Part shown: piece after piece, positions 8,607 through 18,565 of the stretch
Position numbering within the stretch: the first letter of the stretch is position 1
Layout: each line of letters starts with the position of its first letter
DNA from: an uncultured Gemmataceae bacterium
GTDB lineage: Bacteria; Planctomycetota; Planctomycetia; Gemmatales; Gemmataceae
DNA length: 64,000 bases
Direction of reading: 5' to 3'
NCBI GenBank assembly: GCA_963750165.1
Contig: CAVVPN010000011.1
Coordinates: forward strand, 1,280,001-1,344,000
Position numbers and translations under genes: made by a program
Notes under the pieces: generated by a model
What the model was told of the DNA's origin: nothing
Databases searched by the model: none
What the model saw: the letters and a program-made list of their open reading frames with translations, nothing else

Positions 8607-9893
8607 TCACTTCCTGGCCGCTTCGATGGCGTACAGGGTTTGGCTGAAGCCGCGCAGGTAAATCCGCCCGTTGGCGATGGCCGGCGACGCGATGAACTCG
8701 TCCGGCAGCGTGTTGACCGCCAGCTGCTCGAATTTCGGCCCGGCCTTCACCACCGTGAAGGTGCCGTCGCGCCCCGTCAGATAAATCTTGCCGTCCGCGT
8801 ACACCGGCGAGGCCCGGTAGCGCGTCGTGTGCAACCGCTTCTGATACACCTGCTTGCCTGTCTTCGCCTCCAGCACCGTCAGGATGCCGCTCTCGCCGCA
8901 CAGGTAGACGAGGCCGTCGTGGATCAACGGCGAGGGCACGTCCGGGGCGCCTTTGCTATTACGCCACAGTTCGAACGGACTGCCGGGGCCGATGGTTCCC
9001 TTCGCCCCCGGCTTGAGCGCCACCACCTGGGCGCCGCGGCAGGTCGGCACCACCAGCAGGTCACCGGACGCTACCGGCGACGAAATGATGCGGAAGGCGA
9101 AGTTGTACTTCGCGCTGGGGTTGAGGCCGGTCAGCCGCCAGACCTCGGCGCCGTCGCTGAGGCGGTGGCCGGTGGCGATGTCGGCGCCGAGCACCACCAG
9201 GCACGGGTCGCCGCCGTTCTGCCAGACGCACGGCGTCGTGTAGGCCTCCTTGCTCTCGCCCATCGCGTCCGTCTTGCGTGCCACCTTCCACACTTCCTTG
9301 CCTGTGGCCGGGTCCAGGGCGATCACCCAGTGGGCGTTCGCGTGCAGCAGCGTCAGGAACAGCTTGTCGCCGTGCAGCACCGGCGTCGTGTGGATGCCGT
9401 GCTGGATGCTGAATTTCTTGTAGCGATCCTGTACGTTGAACGCCCAGACCTGGTTGCCCTGGAAGTCGAAGCAGGCAAGATCCCCCGAAGCGAAGAAGGC
9501 GAAGACGCGCTTGCCGTCGGTGCAGGGCGACGCCGACGCCTGGTTCGTCTCGCCCTTCTTGAACAGCTTCGTCCCCGAGCCGACCTTGCGCTTCCACAGC
9601 GGCTTGCCGGACGTGTCCACGCACAGCAGCACCAGCTGGGCGCCGTCGCCGCTGGTCAGGAAAATGCGGTCGCCCCAGATGACGGGCGTCGAACCGCCCT
9701 TGCCCGGCAGCGGCAACTTCCAGACGACGTTCTTGTTCTCGCCCCATTCGGCGGGCAGTTTGGTTTCCTTGCTGACGCCGTTGGCCTCGGGGCCGCGCCA
9801 GCTCGGCCAGTTGTCCGCCCAGACCAGGGCCGCACACGACAGTGTCGCCCAGCAGGCCAGCACGTAGTGGTGACGGTGATTCCAGCGTCTCAC
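8607..9893 (-). CDS. PQQ-binding-like beta-propeller (BamB-like) secreted protein
   Basis: Signal peptide, DNWPSWRGP, repeated SP..GD/W motifs, ASPAIANGRIYLRG. Confidence 0.9.
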   Translation of the reverse strand: MRRWNHRHHYVLACWATLSCAALVWADNWPSWRGPEANGVSKETKLPAEWGENKNVVWKLPLPGKGGSTPVIWGDRIFLTSGDGAQLVLLCVDTSGKPLWKRKVGSGTKLFKKGETNQASASPCTDGKRVFAFFASGDLACFDFQGNQVWAFNVQDRYKKFSIQHGIHTTPVLHGDKLFLTLLHANAHWVIALDPATGKEVWKVARKTDAMGESKEAYTTPCVWQNGGDPCLVVLGADIATGHRLSDGAEVWRLTGLNPSAKYNFAFRIISSPVASGDLLVVPTCRGAQVVALKPGAKGTIGPGSPFELWRNSKGAPDVPSPLIHDGLVYLCGESGILTVLEAKTGKQVYQKRLHTTRYRASPVYADGKIYLTGRDGTFTVVKAGPKFEQLAVNTLPDEFIASPAIANGRIYLRGFSQTLYAIEAARK

Positions 9894-10047
9894 GGCAGCG
9901 TCTCCTCCAACACGCGATGTTTACGATTTCCCCAGGCACCCCGTTGTCCCAGTTCTACCGCCGCCTGCGGGATTGGGCAACGCCGGCTCGCCAACATTTC
10001 CGATCCCGGAGGCTCAGGGTGTGCCCCTCGATTTAGCCGAAACCCCG

Positions 10048-10088
10048 TTGACCCGGCTCACGGACCCGTGTATCTTCATCGTAGATAC
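10048..10088 (+). promoter_or_regulatory. Sigma70 promoter and operator of mazEF
   Basis: TTGACC-N17-TATCTT; inverted repeat GTATCT-N7-AGATAC overlaps the -10. Confidence 0.75.
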
Positions 10089-10100
10089 CTGGAGGCCGCG

Positions 10101-10342
10101 ATGAAGACTCGTGTTCAAAAATGGGGTAACAGCCTCGCCCTTCGCATCCCCAAGTCCTTCGCTGTGGAGGCTGGCTTGCGGGCGAATGGCGCCGTCGAAC
10201 TCTCCGTCGTTGCAGGGCGCTGATCATCCAGCCGATCGCGCCGCCACCGCTCACCCTGGAGGAACTGTTGCGCGGCGTCACGGACGATAACCTCCCCGGA
10301 GAGTGGGATACCGGGCCGGCCATCGGCAAGGAGGTCTGGTGA
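10101..10342 (+). CDS. mazE: AbrB/MazE antitoxin (frameshift near 10217)
   Basis: MKTRVQKWGNSLALRIP...; the second frame gives LTLEELLRGVTDDNLPGEWDTGPAIGKEVW. Confidence 0.9.
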
Positions 10343-10692
10343 GCCGGAAAAAGTCGTACGTTCCGGAACGAGGCGATGCCGTCTGGATCACCCTCGATCC
10401 GCAAGCAGGCCATGAACAGGCGGGGCGTCGGCCGGCGCTGGTGCTGTCGCCGGCCGCTTACAACGGTCGTGTGGGCCTGGCGCTGTTCTGCCCGATCACC
10501 GGTCAAGCGAAAGGCTACCCCTTCGAGGTGCCCATCCCTGCCGGCATGGCCGTCGCGGGTGTGGTCGGGGCGGACCAGGTGAAAAGCCTGGATTGGCGGG
10601 CGCGAAAAGCGGCCCGGATCGGTGCCATCCCGGAGGAAGTCGTTGCCGAAGTGCTGCAGCGCCTCCAGACCTTGCTTGCAGGTGGCGGCTAA
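10339..10692 (+). CDS. mazF: MazF/PemK endoribonuclease toxin
   Basis: YVPERGDAVWITLDPQAGHEQAGRRPALVLSP...DQVKSLDWRAR; GTGA overlap with mazE. Confidence 0.95.
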   Translation: MSRKKSYVPERGDAVWITLDPQAGHEQAGRRPALVLSPAAYNGRVGLALFCPITGQAKGYPFEVPIPAGMAVAGVVGADQVKSLDWRARKAARIGAIPEEVVAEVLQRLQTLLAGGG

Positions 10693-10716
10693 CCAGACGC
10701 TGCAGAACCGGGGTCG

Positions 10717-11910
10717 TCACGCCGCCACCCCTTCAGAGAAGCAGCGCACCAGAGATTTCGTCCGGCGGCCGTTGTGCGGCAACGTGAACGGAAAGCCGAC
10801 CACCAGCCGCCGCGGCGCCGCCTCAATCGCGAACAATTGATTGCCCGTCGGCCACACGATGCTGCCAAGCACACGACCGGCCTTCAGGTCGATGGCGTGG
10901 ACGCCCGCCCGGCACTGCGCCGGGTCCAGTCCCGGGGCGTAATGGGCGTACTTCGGCAGCACACGACTGGTGCCGACGAACGCCAGGTCGCCGTGAAACG
11001 ACAGGCCGCGCGTCCAGCCCGGCAGCCGCAGCACCGCCTCGAACCGACCATCCACGATCCGCCCCACCTCGCCGTAGCCGCTGTTGTCCACCCACACCTC
11101 GCCGTCGCGCAGCCGGGCCGAGTGCGGCCGCGTCAGGCCGACCCCGCACACCTCGCGCGTTGCCCCCGAGAAGATGACGCCGCGCCGATCCACCGGGAAG
11201 TTCAGGTGTCCGGGCCGGCGCCGCGACGGCACCGCCGCGGAGGCGCCGAAGTAACTCGCCGTCAGTGAACCGCCCGCCGCGATGGAGTTCAGCTGGAGAT
11301 AATTGCGGTCCAGGCGCGGGCTGTCCCCGGCGTCGATGCAGCGCGGCCACCACACCGGCTCGAAGCCGCCTTCGCGCGGCAGCCGCACCACCGCGTTGAG
11401 GCCGACCGCGTTGGCGTACAGTTCGCCGCCGACCAGCGCCAGGTCGTGCAGGTACAGACAGCCCGGCAGGTAGCGCGACTGCACCGGCAGCAGCTGCCGC
11501 GCCGGCGCGTCACTACCGGGGCGGCCCGGGGCGGCGCCGGCACAGGGGGCGAAGTCGAAAATAACGTTTGGGTTGCGGGTGCTGGCGATGTGGACGCGGC
11601 CGGTCGCGGCGTCCACGGCCAGGCCGTTCGGGTGCGGCAGGTGCAGGTACGAGGTGCGCGGACGGCCGCCCTCGACGCAGAAAGCCATCACCAGATGTTC
11701 ATATTCGCGCGTCACGATCAGTGTGACGCCGAGCCGATCGAGGACGCCCCACCAGTCGCCGGTGACGCGGCAGGCGAACAGCCCGGGATCAACCTCCGCG
11801 GCCTGGCGCCACTGCGTCACGATCTGGTGCGGGTCGCGCAGTTCACCGTGGTGATGCGCCCATAGCGCCTCCAGGGCCGCGCCCTCCAAGATGGGTTGCC
11901 GGCCGCTCAT
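10717..11910 (-). CDS. TIGR03032/DUF4915 family protein
   Basis: LHDLA, LNSIAA, GLTRPHSARL, LPGWTRGLSF, FVGTSRV; ATGA overlap with the GT2 gene. Confidence 0.8.
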   Translation of the reverse strand: MSGRQPILEGAALEALWAHHHGELRDPHQIVTQWRQAAEVDPGLFACRVTGDWWGVLDRLGVTLIVTREYEHLVMAFCVEGGRPRTSYLHLPHPNGLAVDAATGRVHIASTRNPNVIFDFAPCAGAAPGRPGSDAPARQLLPVQSRYLPGCLYLHDLALVGGELYANAVGLNAVVRLPREGGFEPVWWPRCIDAGDSPRLDRNYLQLNSIAAGGSLTASYFGASAAVPSRRRPGHLNFPVDRRGVIFSGATREVCGVGLTRPHSARLRDGEVWVDNSGYGEVGRIVDGRFEAVLRLPGWTRGLSFHGDLAFVGTSRVLPKYAHYAPGLDPAQCRAGVHAIDLKAGRVLGSIVWPTGNQLFAIEAAPRRLVVGFPFTLPHNGRRTKSLVRCFSEGVAA

Positions 11911-12584
11911 GCGCATCGCTTCCACCACAGGCTCACGGCTCCCAGATACATCCGGTACGCACTGCGCCAGGTGGTGCTCGACTTGCCGCCGTGCCGCCTG
12001 AAGCCGCGCACCGGAATCTCCACGACCGGCACCCGCAGCCGGCCGGCAGCGCTCAACAACTCCAGGTCAAGCAGATCGCCCCTGGCCGTCAGGTGCAGGG
12101 ATCGATACAGCCTGGCGTCGAAGATTTTGGGCGTGCCGTTCACGTCCTGGCAGCGGACGCCGCACAGCAGCCGGGCTTCGAGGTTGTAGAACAGCGAGCC
12201 GAGTTCGCGCGACCAGGCGTGACGTTCGCCGCGGCGGGCCTTGACCAGGCAGGGGCCGTTGCGGCGGTGGCAGTCCACGAACGCCGGCAACACTTCCGGG
12301 TCGGTGCGGGCGGTGTTGGTGTAGCACAGGACGCTACCGCGGGCGGCGTCCAGGCCGCAGCGCACCGACAGGCCCCAGCCGCCGCGCGGGTTCGGCACCA
12401 CGCGAACGCGGTCGTCGGCCGCCGCCAACTCCTCGACCACCGCCTGGGTGCGGTCGGTGCTGGCGTTCGGTACGACCACCAACTCGAAGGGTTCGCCCAG
12501 CGCCTCCAGCGGGGCCAGGTAGCGGCGCAGCACGGCGCCAATGTGGTCGGCCTGGTTGCGGCAGGGCAGAATCACGGACAACAT
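11907..12584 (-). CDS. Glycosyltransferase family 2 (DPM-synthase-like)
   Basis: LSVILPCRNQ, NASTDRT; the DxD position appears degenerate (YTNTA). Confidence 0.85.
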   Translation of the reverse strand: MLSVILPCRNQADHIGAVLRRYLAPLEALGEPFELVVVPNASTDRTQAVVEELAAADDRVRVVPNPRGGWGLSVRCGLDAARGSVLCYTNTARTDPEVLPAFVDCHRRNGPCLVKARRGERHAWSRELGSLFYNLEARLLCGVRCQDVNGTPKIFDARLYRSLHLTARGDLLDLELLSAAGRLRVPVVEIPVRGFRRHGGKSSTTWRSAYRMYLGAVSLWWKRCA

Positions 12585-12606
12585 GTGAACCCTCTTTCGG
12601 ACTCAT

Positions 12607-12664
12607 CGAGCGGGGTCGCGTCAGCGCCCCGTGCGCGCACGGGGCGCTGACGCGACCCCGCTCG
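12607..12664. repeat. Perfect 58-bp palindrome (GCGTCAG REP family; relatives at 30601-30664 and 58336-58402)
   Basis: CGAGCGGGGTCGCGTCAGCGCCCCGTGCG followed directly by its reverse complement. Confidence 0.9.
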
Positions 12665-12673
12665 TCGGATTGG

Positions 12674-13606
12674 CTACGCCGCGACCCGCGCCGGCAGCGC
12701 GTTCAGCGCCCGCTCCGCCAGCGCGGCGGCGTCCAGGCCGTGCTGCCGCAGCAAATACTCCGTGCTGCCGGAATGCTCCAGGAACGGCACCCGCACGCCC
12801 TGCATCGCCAGCCGGCAGCGCAGGCCGTGCTGCGCGATCGTCTCGCCGACCAGCGAGCCCAGGCCGCCCGCGATCGAGCCTTCTTCCACCGTCACCACCT
12901 TGTCGTACGCCTGCAGCAGCCGCACCAGTGCGGGGCTGCCGCGGAAGCCCAGGTGCGCCAGCACCGCCACGCTGGCGGCCACGCGCTGTTCGTGCAGCAG
13001 CTCCGCCGCCTTCAGCGCCTCGTGGACGATGGAGCCGATGCACAGCAACAGCACACCGCCGCCCGGCCGCACCAGCACCGGCGTGTCCAGCGCGAACGCC
13101 CCGTGCAGCGTGGGGATGTCGGGATATTCGTTCTTGTCGATGCGCAGGTAGACCGCGCCGGGCAGGTCCGCGGTGGCGCGGATGACGGCGCGCGTCTGGG
13201 CGCTGTCAGCGGGGCACAGCACCGTCGCGCCCGGCTGGGTGCGGGCGATGGTCAGGTCTTCCAGGCCGTGGTGCGTCGGGCCGGCGTGGCCGTAGGAGAA
13301 GCCGCCGCCAATGCCCACCACACGCACCGGCAGCCCGTGCAGCACCGGACCGTTGCGGAACTGCTCGTAACAGCGCATCGATGCGAACGTGGCGATCGAG
13401 TAGACGAACGGTACATGGCCCTCGCGCGCCAGTCCCGTGGCCACGCCGAGCATGTTCTGCTCCGCGACGCCGACGTTCAGGAACCGATCTGGGAAGCGGC
13501 GGGCGAACGGTTCCAGCACGCTCCAGCCCAGGTCCGCGGTCAGCAGCAGGACGCGCGGATCGTCCGCCGCCAGCGCACACAGGGCCTCGACGAACGCCTT
13601 CCTCAT
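12674..13606 (-). CDS. Transketolase C-terminal subunit
   Basis: LLTADLG, NVGVAEQNM, GPTHHGLED, VTVEEG. Confidence 0.9.
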   Translation of the reverse strand: MRKAFVEALCALAADDPRVLLLTADLGWSVLEPFARRFPDRFLNVGVAEQNMLGVATGLAREGHVPFVYSIATFASMRCYEQFRNGPVLHGLPVRVVGIGGGFSYGHAGPTHHGLEDLTIARTQPGATVLCPADSAQTRAVIRATADLPGAVYLRIDKNEYPDIPTLHGAFALDTPVLVRPGGGVLLLCIGSIVHEALKAAELLHEQRVAASVAVLAHLGFRGSPALVRLLQAYDKVVTVEEGSIAGGLGSLVGETIAQHGLRCRLAMQGVRVPFLEHSGSTEYLLRQHGLDAAALAERALNALPARVAA

Positions 13607-14430
13607 GCCCGTCCCTCCAGCTCGCGCAGCGCCTGCGCCGCCAGCTCGGGCGACAGGTTGCGGTAGTGCCATTCCAGGCGGTTTTCCATGAACGACACGC
13701 CCTTGCCCAGGGCCGTCCGCGCCAGCAGCACGGTCGGGCCGCCGCGACCGTCCAGGCCCGTTGTCAGCGCCGCCAGCAGCGCCGCGGGGTCGTGGCCGTC
13801 CACGTCGATGGTCTCCCAGCCGAACGCGGCCCAGCGCCGCGCCAGCGGGCTCAAATCGAGGATGCCCGCGGTCGCGCCCAGTGCCTGCATGCCGTTGCAA
13901 TCGACCAGGGCGACGAGATTACTGAGCCGGTGCTGGGCGGCGAGCATGACCGCTTCCCAGACCTGGCCCTCGTTGCACTCGGCGTCGCTCAGCAGCGCGA
14001 AGACGCGCGCCGGCGAGCCGCGACGGGCCAGCGCCAGCGCCTGGCCGACCGCCACCGACAGCCCCTGGCCCAGCGAGCCGGTGCCCACCTCGACGCCAGG
14101 GACACCGGGCTCCGGATGCACCGCCAGCGGCGAACCATCACCGCAGTAGGTGGCGAAGGTGGCGTCGTCAATGCGGCCGATGTAGCGCAGCGCTGCGTAC
14201 AGTGCCAGCGCCGCGTGACCCTTGGCCAGGATGAAACGGTCGCGGTCGGGGTCGTCCGGGCCGGGGCAGCGCAGCACAGCGCCCCACAGCACGGCGATCA
14301 TCTCGATGACCGACAGGGCCGAGCCGATGTGGCCGACGTTGGACGCGAAGGACTGCTCCAGCACCCAGCGGCGCAGCGTGGCGGTCATGTGGCGGAGGTC
14401 AACCCGCGGCGGCGAACTGGCGTGCCCCAT
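13603..14430 (-). CDS. Transketolase N-terminal (TPP-binding) subunit
   Basis: GHIGSALS, DRFILAKGHA, TGSLGQG, SDAECNEGQVWEA. Confidence 0.9.
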   Translation of the reverse strand: MGHASSPPRVDLRHMTATLRRWVLEQSFASNVGHIGSALSVIEMIAVLWGAVLRCPGPDDPDRDRFILAKGHAALALYAALRYIGRIDDATFATYCGDGSPLAVHPEPGVPGVEVGTGSLGQGLSVAVGQALALARRGSPARVFALLSDAECNEGQVWEAVMLAAQHRLSNLVALVDCNGMQALGATAGILDLSPLARRWAAFGWETIDVDGHDPAALLAALTTGLDGRGGPTVLLARTALGKGVSFMENRLEWHYRNLSPELAAQALRELEGRA

Positions 14431-15375
14431 AGTCGTCTCCCACCTTTCTCATCCACTCGGCCATGCGCTGCAGCCCGTGCCGCAGTCCGTGCCGCGCCTT
14501 CCAGCCCAGCAGCTGTGCCGCCCGCGACACGTCCGCCGACCAGCGTTCCGTGTCCCAGTGCCGCGCCGCCAGCGCGCCCAGCGCACCTCCGAGGTGCTGC
14601 CGAGCAGCTCCGTCACCGTGGCGACCACCTCGCGCAGCGTCGTCTCCTTGCCCGTACCGAGGTTCAGCACCTCGCCGCGCAGACCGACCAACTTCGGAAA
14701 CGCCGTCAGCGCCCGCACCACGTCCTCGACGTAGACGAAATCGCGGGCCGTCTCCGGCGCCACCATCTCCAGCGGCAGGCCGGCGCAGGCGCGGCGGATC
14801 ATCGTCGGAATGAGTCGCGTCGGCTCCTCCCACGGGCCGTACACCGAGAACAGCCGACACGTCACTGCCGTCAGCGGCGTCCTGCTGCTGAGCAGACCAC
14901 ACAGGTGCGTCTGCGCCGCCTTGGCGACCGCGTAAAAACTGTTCGGCTCCAGGCGGTCGGCCTCGCGCATGGGCTCGGTCTTGAAGCCGTACTCCGAGGA
15001 ACTGCCCGCGTTGACGAACAACTCGGTGGCGCTGCCGGCCGCGGCTTCGAGCAGGTTGTAGGTGCCGAGGATGTTCGTTTGCAGAATGGCGCGGGCGTCG
15101 GCCTGCTGCTCATAGGCCCCGTGCGTGGCCAGGTGCAGGACAACCCTGGGCCGAACCGCCCGCACCACCTCGCGGGTGGCGGCGGCGTCGGTCAGGTCGG
15201 CCCGGTGGACGTGCAGCTGTCGCCACAGCGGCGTCAACCGCCAGGCACGGCCGGGGTCGCGCAACAGGACGTGGACGGCGTGGCCGCGTCGAGCGAGGGC
15301 GCCAGCCACGCAGGCTCCGACGAACCCAGAACTGCCGGTCACCAGCACGGGGTCGAAGTCCGCCCACGTGCTCAT
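14399..15375 (-). CDS. NAD-dependent epimerase/dehydratase (frameshift near 14578)
   Basis: VLVTGSSGFVG, GSSSEYG, YAVAK, FSVYGP; C-terminus continues in a second frame (ADVSRAAQLLGWK). Confidence 0.85.
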
Positions 15376-16319
15376 GCCGCCCTCCGGGCCGCGCCCAAAA
15401 AGTCCTCGTAGCCGAAGATGCCCAGCAGCGGCTTGGTGCGATACCCAATCTCCTCCTGCTCGGCGGCGCTCAACTCGGCGGCGGTGGCGCGGTTGGCCTC
15501 GGGCGTCGGCGTGCGCACCGTCCCCCACGGGTAGACCTGGTCCAGTGTCTGACCGTTCCAGCTCGGCTTCGCCAGCGTCGGGCTCGAACCGACGCCGAGT
15601 TTACTCAGGAATTTGCCCAGGACGCCGACGGGATCGACAACGATGTCCTCGAAGCGCAGCAGCGTGACGCGGCCGGGATACATGGCGGAGAAGGTCAGGG
15701 CCGCCTGCTGATTGAGGCACCAGCCGGTGATGTAGTGGGCCAGCGGCAGCGGCACGGCCCGCTTCTTGGTGTCGGCGTAGGCCGACCACGGGTTGCGGAT
15801 CACCTGCAGCACATGGCCGCCGGGCAGGTCCGTGACAATCTTGTCCGCGTCCACGACAATGATCGGGCTGTAACCGACGTAGGTGGACTCCTTGCTGCTA
15901 CGGCGGTAGTCCTTCCAGGCGTCGGCGGAGGCGCGGTAAAACGCTTCGATGAGGTTGGCGCGAGTGCGCGGCTTGCCCTGCATGTGGGCGACGAAGGCGG
16001 CCTTGCGGTCGCGGTCGCTCAGCTGCATGGGGTAGTCGCGGAACTTGCTCGACTGCGGCGTCTTGATGCGGACCTTGCACTCCTCGTCGATGATGGTTTC
16101 GTAATCGGCCTCAACGGTACTGCTGAGCGGGAAGACCGGCCAGCGGTACTTGACCGGGAACATACTGGTCAGGTGGTCGAGGACATACTTGCTGCCGGGC
16201 TGCGACTCGAAGGGATAGCTGAACAGTTCGGGGTGGCCGTCGAGCAGGCGCTGGGTGGTATTGCCGCCGTTCTCGTACATCGCCGAGATCATGATGAGCC
16301 GAAAATCCTTGGCCGTCAT
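15372..16319 (-). CDS. Sulfotransferase-family protein
   Basis: ENGGNTTQRLLDGHP (5'-PSB-like), VIRNPWSAYAD (3'-PB-like), LRFEDIV. Confidence 0.75.
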   Translation of the reverse strand: MTAKDFRLIMISAMYENGGNTTQRLLDGHPELFSYPFESQPGSKYVLDHLTSMFPVKYRWPVFPLSSTVEADYETIIDEECKVRIKTPQSSKFRDYPMQLSDRDRKAAFVAHMQGKPRTRANLIEAFYRASADAWKDYRRSSKESTYVGYSPIIVVDADKIVTDLPGGHVLQVIRNPWSAYADTKKRAVPLPLAHYITGWCLNQQAALTFSAMYPGRVTLLRFEDIVVDPVGVLGKFLSKLGVGSSPTLAKPSWNGQTLDQVYPWGTVRTPTPEANRATAAELSAAEQEEIGYRTKPLLGIFGYEDFLGAARRAA

Positions 16320-16522
16320 GGCTCCTCCCTGAGCACTGGGTCTTCCCGGGGACCGCACCCGCCACAGGCTGCGATTTCCGATGGGTGGAAATCGACGGGC
16401 AAGACTCGCAACTTATAGCCCGCGCCCGGCTCCGTGACAACAGATGTTTCGCTCGCGCTTTCGTCTTGCCGTCGTCGGCCGATTCTGCTCTAACGCCGCG
16501 CCCAAGTCAGGAGGCGTTGCTC

Positions 16523-17730
16523 ATGGCCGCGGATTCGCTCTTCCCCCCTCGCTCCCCGGACGGCCCTATTCATGTGCCCGTCCTGGACGGTCTGCGCGGC
16601 CTGGCCATCCTGCTCGTGCTGCTGCACCACTTCGCCAACGTCTACGCCCCGAGCGCCTGGACGCGCAACGCCTGGCACCGCGTCGTCGGCTCCGGCTGGT
16701 GCGGCGTCGATCTATTCTTCGTGCTGTCCGGCTTCCTCATCACCGGCATCCTCCACGACGCCCGCCGCGGCCCCGGCTACTTCCGCAATTTCTACATGCG
16801 CCGCGTCCTGCGCATCTTCCCGCTCTATTACGGTGTCCTCGCCGCGCTGTTCCTGGCCTATCCGCTGCTCGCCGGCTCTCACCAGCGCTTCGCGGCGCTG
16901 GCCGAACACCAGCCGTGGCTGTGGCTGTACGCCCAGAACTTCAAGGTCATACTCAGCGGCGACTGGGTGCCTTGCGGCATGAACCATTTCTGGTCGCTGG
17001 CGGTCGAGGAGCAGTTTTATCTCTTCTGGCCGTTCGTCGTCTTCGCCTGCCGCCGACGGACCCTGCTGCACGTGAGCGTGGCCCTAGTGGTTCTGGCCCT
17101 GGCGGTGCGCATCGGCCTGCAGACGCGCGGGCGCTGCCGTCGGCGGTGTACGTGTTCACGCTGAGTCGGCTGGACGGGTTCGGGGCAGGGGCGGTCGTCG
17201 CACTGCTGCTGCGCGGCGGTTTGGGAAGGGCGGTCGTCGCGCGCGGCGGCCGGGCGGTCGCGGTCGTCTGCGGCGCGCTGCTGGCTGGCGTCTGGGCGCA
17301 GGCGGGCTATCTGGAATGGTCCGACCGACTGGTGCAGACGGTCGGCTTCACGGTCATCGCACTGTTCTTCGCTGGCGTGCTGGCCTGGGCAGTCGCGGCG
17401 CAGCCGGGCAAATTGGTGCAGCGCCTGCTGGGCGTCGCGCCGCTGCGGTGGCTGGCGAAGTACAGTTACGGCATTTACGTGCTGCACTTCCCGCTGCTGG
17501 CGCTGTTCGTGAAGCACGTGCAGCCGCGGTCCTGTCCGGCGCCACTGCGGCCGTTGCTGGAGCCGCACTTCAAGCTGGTCTTTTTCCTGACCGCCTCCGG
17601 CGTCTCCATCGTGCTGGCGGTGTTGACCTACCACCTGTTCGAGAAGCACTTCCTGAAGCTCAAGCGCTACTTCCCACAGGCGGCCGCGCTCCCGCCGGTC
17701 GAGTCGGTGGTTGTCCGGCAGGCGGCGTGA
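16523..17730 (+). CDS. Acyltransferase-3 (OafA-like) O-acyltransferase (frameshift near 17130)
   Basis: LDGLRGLAILLV, GVDLFFVLSGFLI, FYMRRVLRIFPLYY, HFWSLAVEEQFY, SYGIYVLH. Confidence 0.9.
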
Positions 17731-17733
17731 GTG

Positions 17734-17997
17734 CTACTTCTTGCCTTCCAGTTCCTTGACCAGTTCCGCGACCAGCGCCGGGTTGGCCTGTTTGCGCAGG
17801 TGGTCGATGCGCGTCTGCGGCACCTTGAGCTTTTGCAGCGCGCTGGCGACCAACTCCCAGGTGCGCTCCAGCTTCTTGCCCTTCGACAGATACAGCTCGC
17901 CGACCAGCTCCGCCAACCGTTGCAGCGAAATGGTGTCGAGGTTGTTGTAGTAGCGCTTGATGATCTTCTGCTGGTGAGGGGTGAAGTCCTGCGGCAT
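17734..17997 (-). CDS. Conserved hypothetical protein
   Basis: MPQDFTPHQQKIIKRYYNNLDTISLQRLAELVGELYL; good codon usage and RBS. Confidence 0.7.
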   Translation of the reverse strand: MPQDFTPHQQKIIKRYYNNLDTISLQRLAELVGELYLSKGKKLERTWELVASALQKLKVPQTRIDHLRKQANPALVAELVKELEGKK

Positions 17998-18148
17998 GAG
18001 GGTGGCTCCGATGAGGGCGAAAATCCGGGGCCGGCACCGCCGCGCCGGCCGTGCAGCGTATGATGCCCGCCCCTGGCGGTCTCCACAAGGCCGACCGTCC
18101 GCACCATCGCCGCGCGAGGGGAACGGAAGCAGTCGGAGCCAAGTCCGG

Positions 18149-18565
18149 TTACTCGGCGGAGGCCGCTGCCAGCGCCAGGTCGGCCGTCCACTGCGTGCGC
18201 CGCTGGCGAAGGGTTTGGGTGAATTCCTGAACGCGCTGACGCAGGCGCGGCGGCAGGTCGTGCTGCGCCAGGAGTTGATCGCCCAGGCAGATGGCCTCAT
18301 AGAAATTGCCTGCCTGGGCCCAGCAGCCAGCGGCACTGAACAGGTGCAGCCGACTTTTTTCGTGCAATCCCTGCCCGGCACACAACTCGCCAAGCCGCTC
18401 CTCCAGCGCGGCGGCCCGGGCAAACCGATCCGCGGCGGCGTCCGGTTGCTGCTGGTCGCGGAGCAGCCGCCCTTCCAGAATCAGGTTGGATTTCAGGGCC
18501 TCGTCGGCCGCGAAGTCGGCGTTCAACCCGTGCCGTGCAATGCCCTTCAACGGGCGCTGGCTCAT
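18149..18565 (-). CDS. Hypothetical helical (TPR-like) protein
   Basis: RBS GGAGAGG; ATGA overlap with the upstream ORF; AAGCWAQAGNFYEA helical repeat. Confidence 0.65.
   Translation of the reverse strand: MSQRPLKGIARHGLNADFAADEALKSNLILEGRLLRDQQQPDAAADRFARAAALEERLGELCAGQGLHEKSRLHLFSAAGCWAQAGNFYEAICLGDQLLAQHDLPPRLRQRVQEFTQTLRQRRTQWTADLALAAASAE

Noticed and set aside
10101..10342. mazE frameshift as true antitoxin loss or programmed frameshift
   Set aside because: An intact mazF would probably be toxic without it, and the indel fits the GCGC-associated error pattern.
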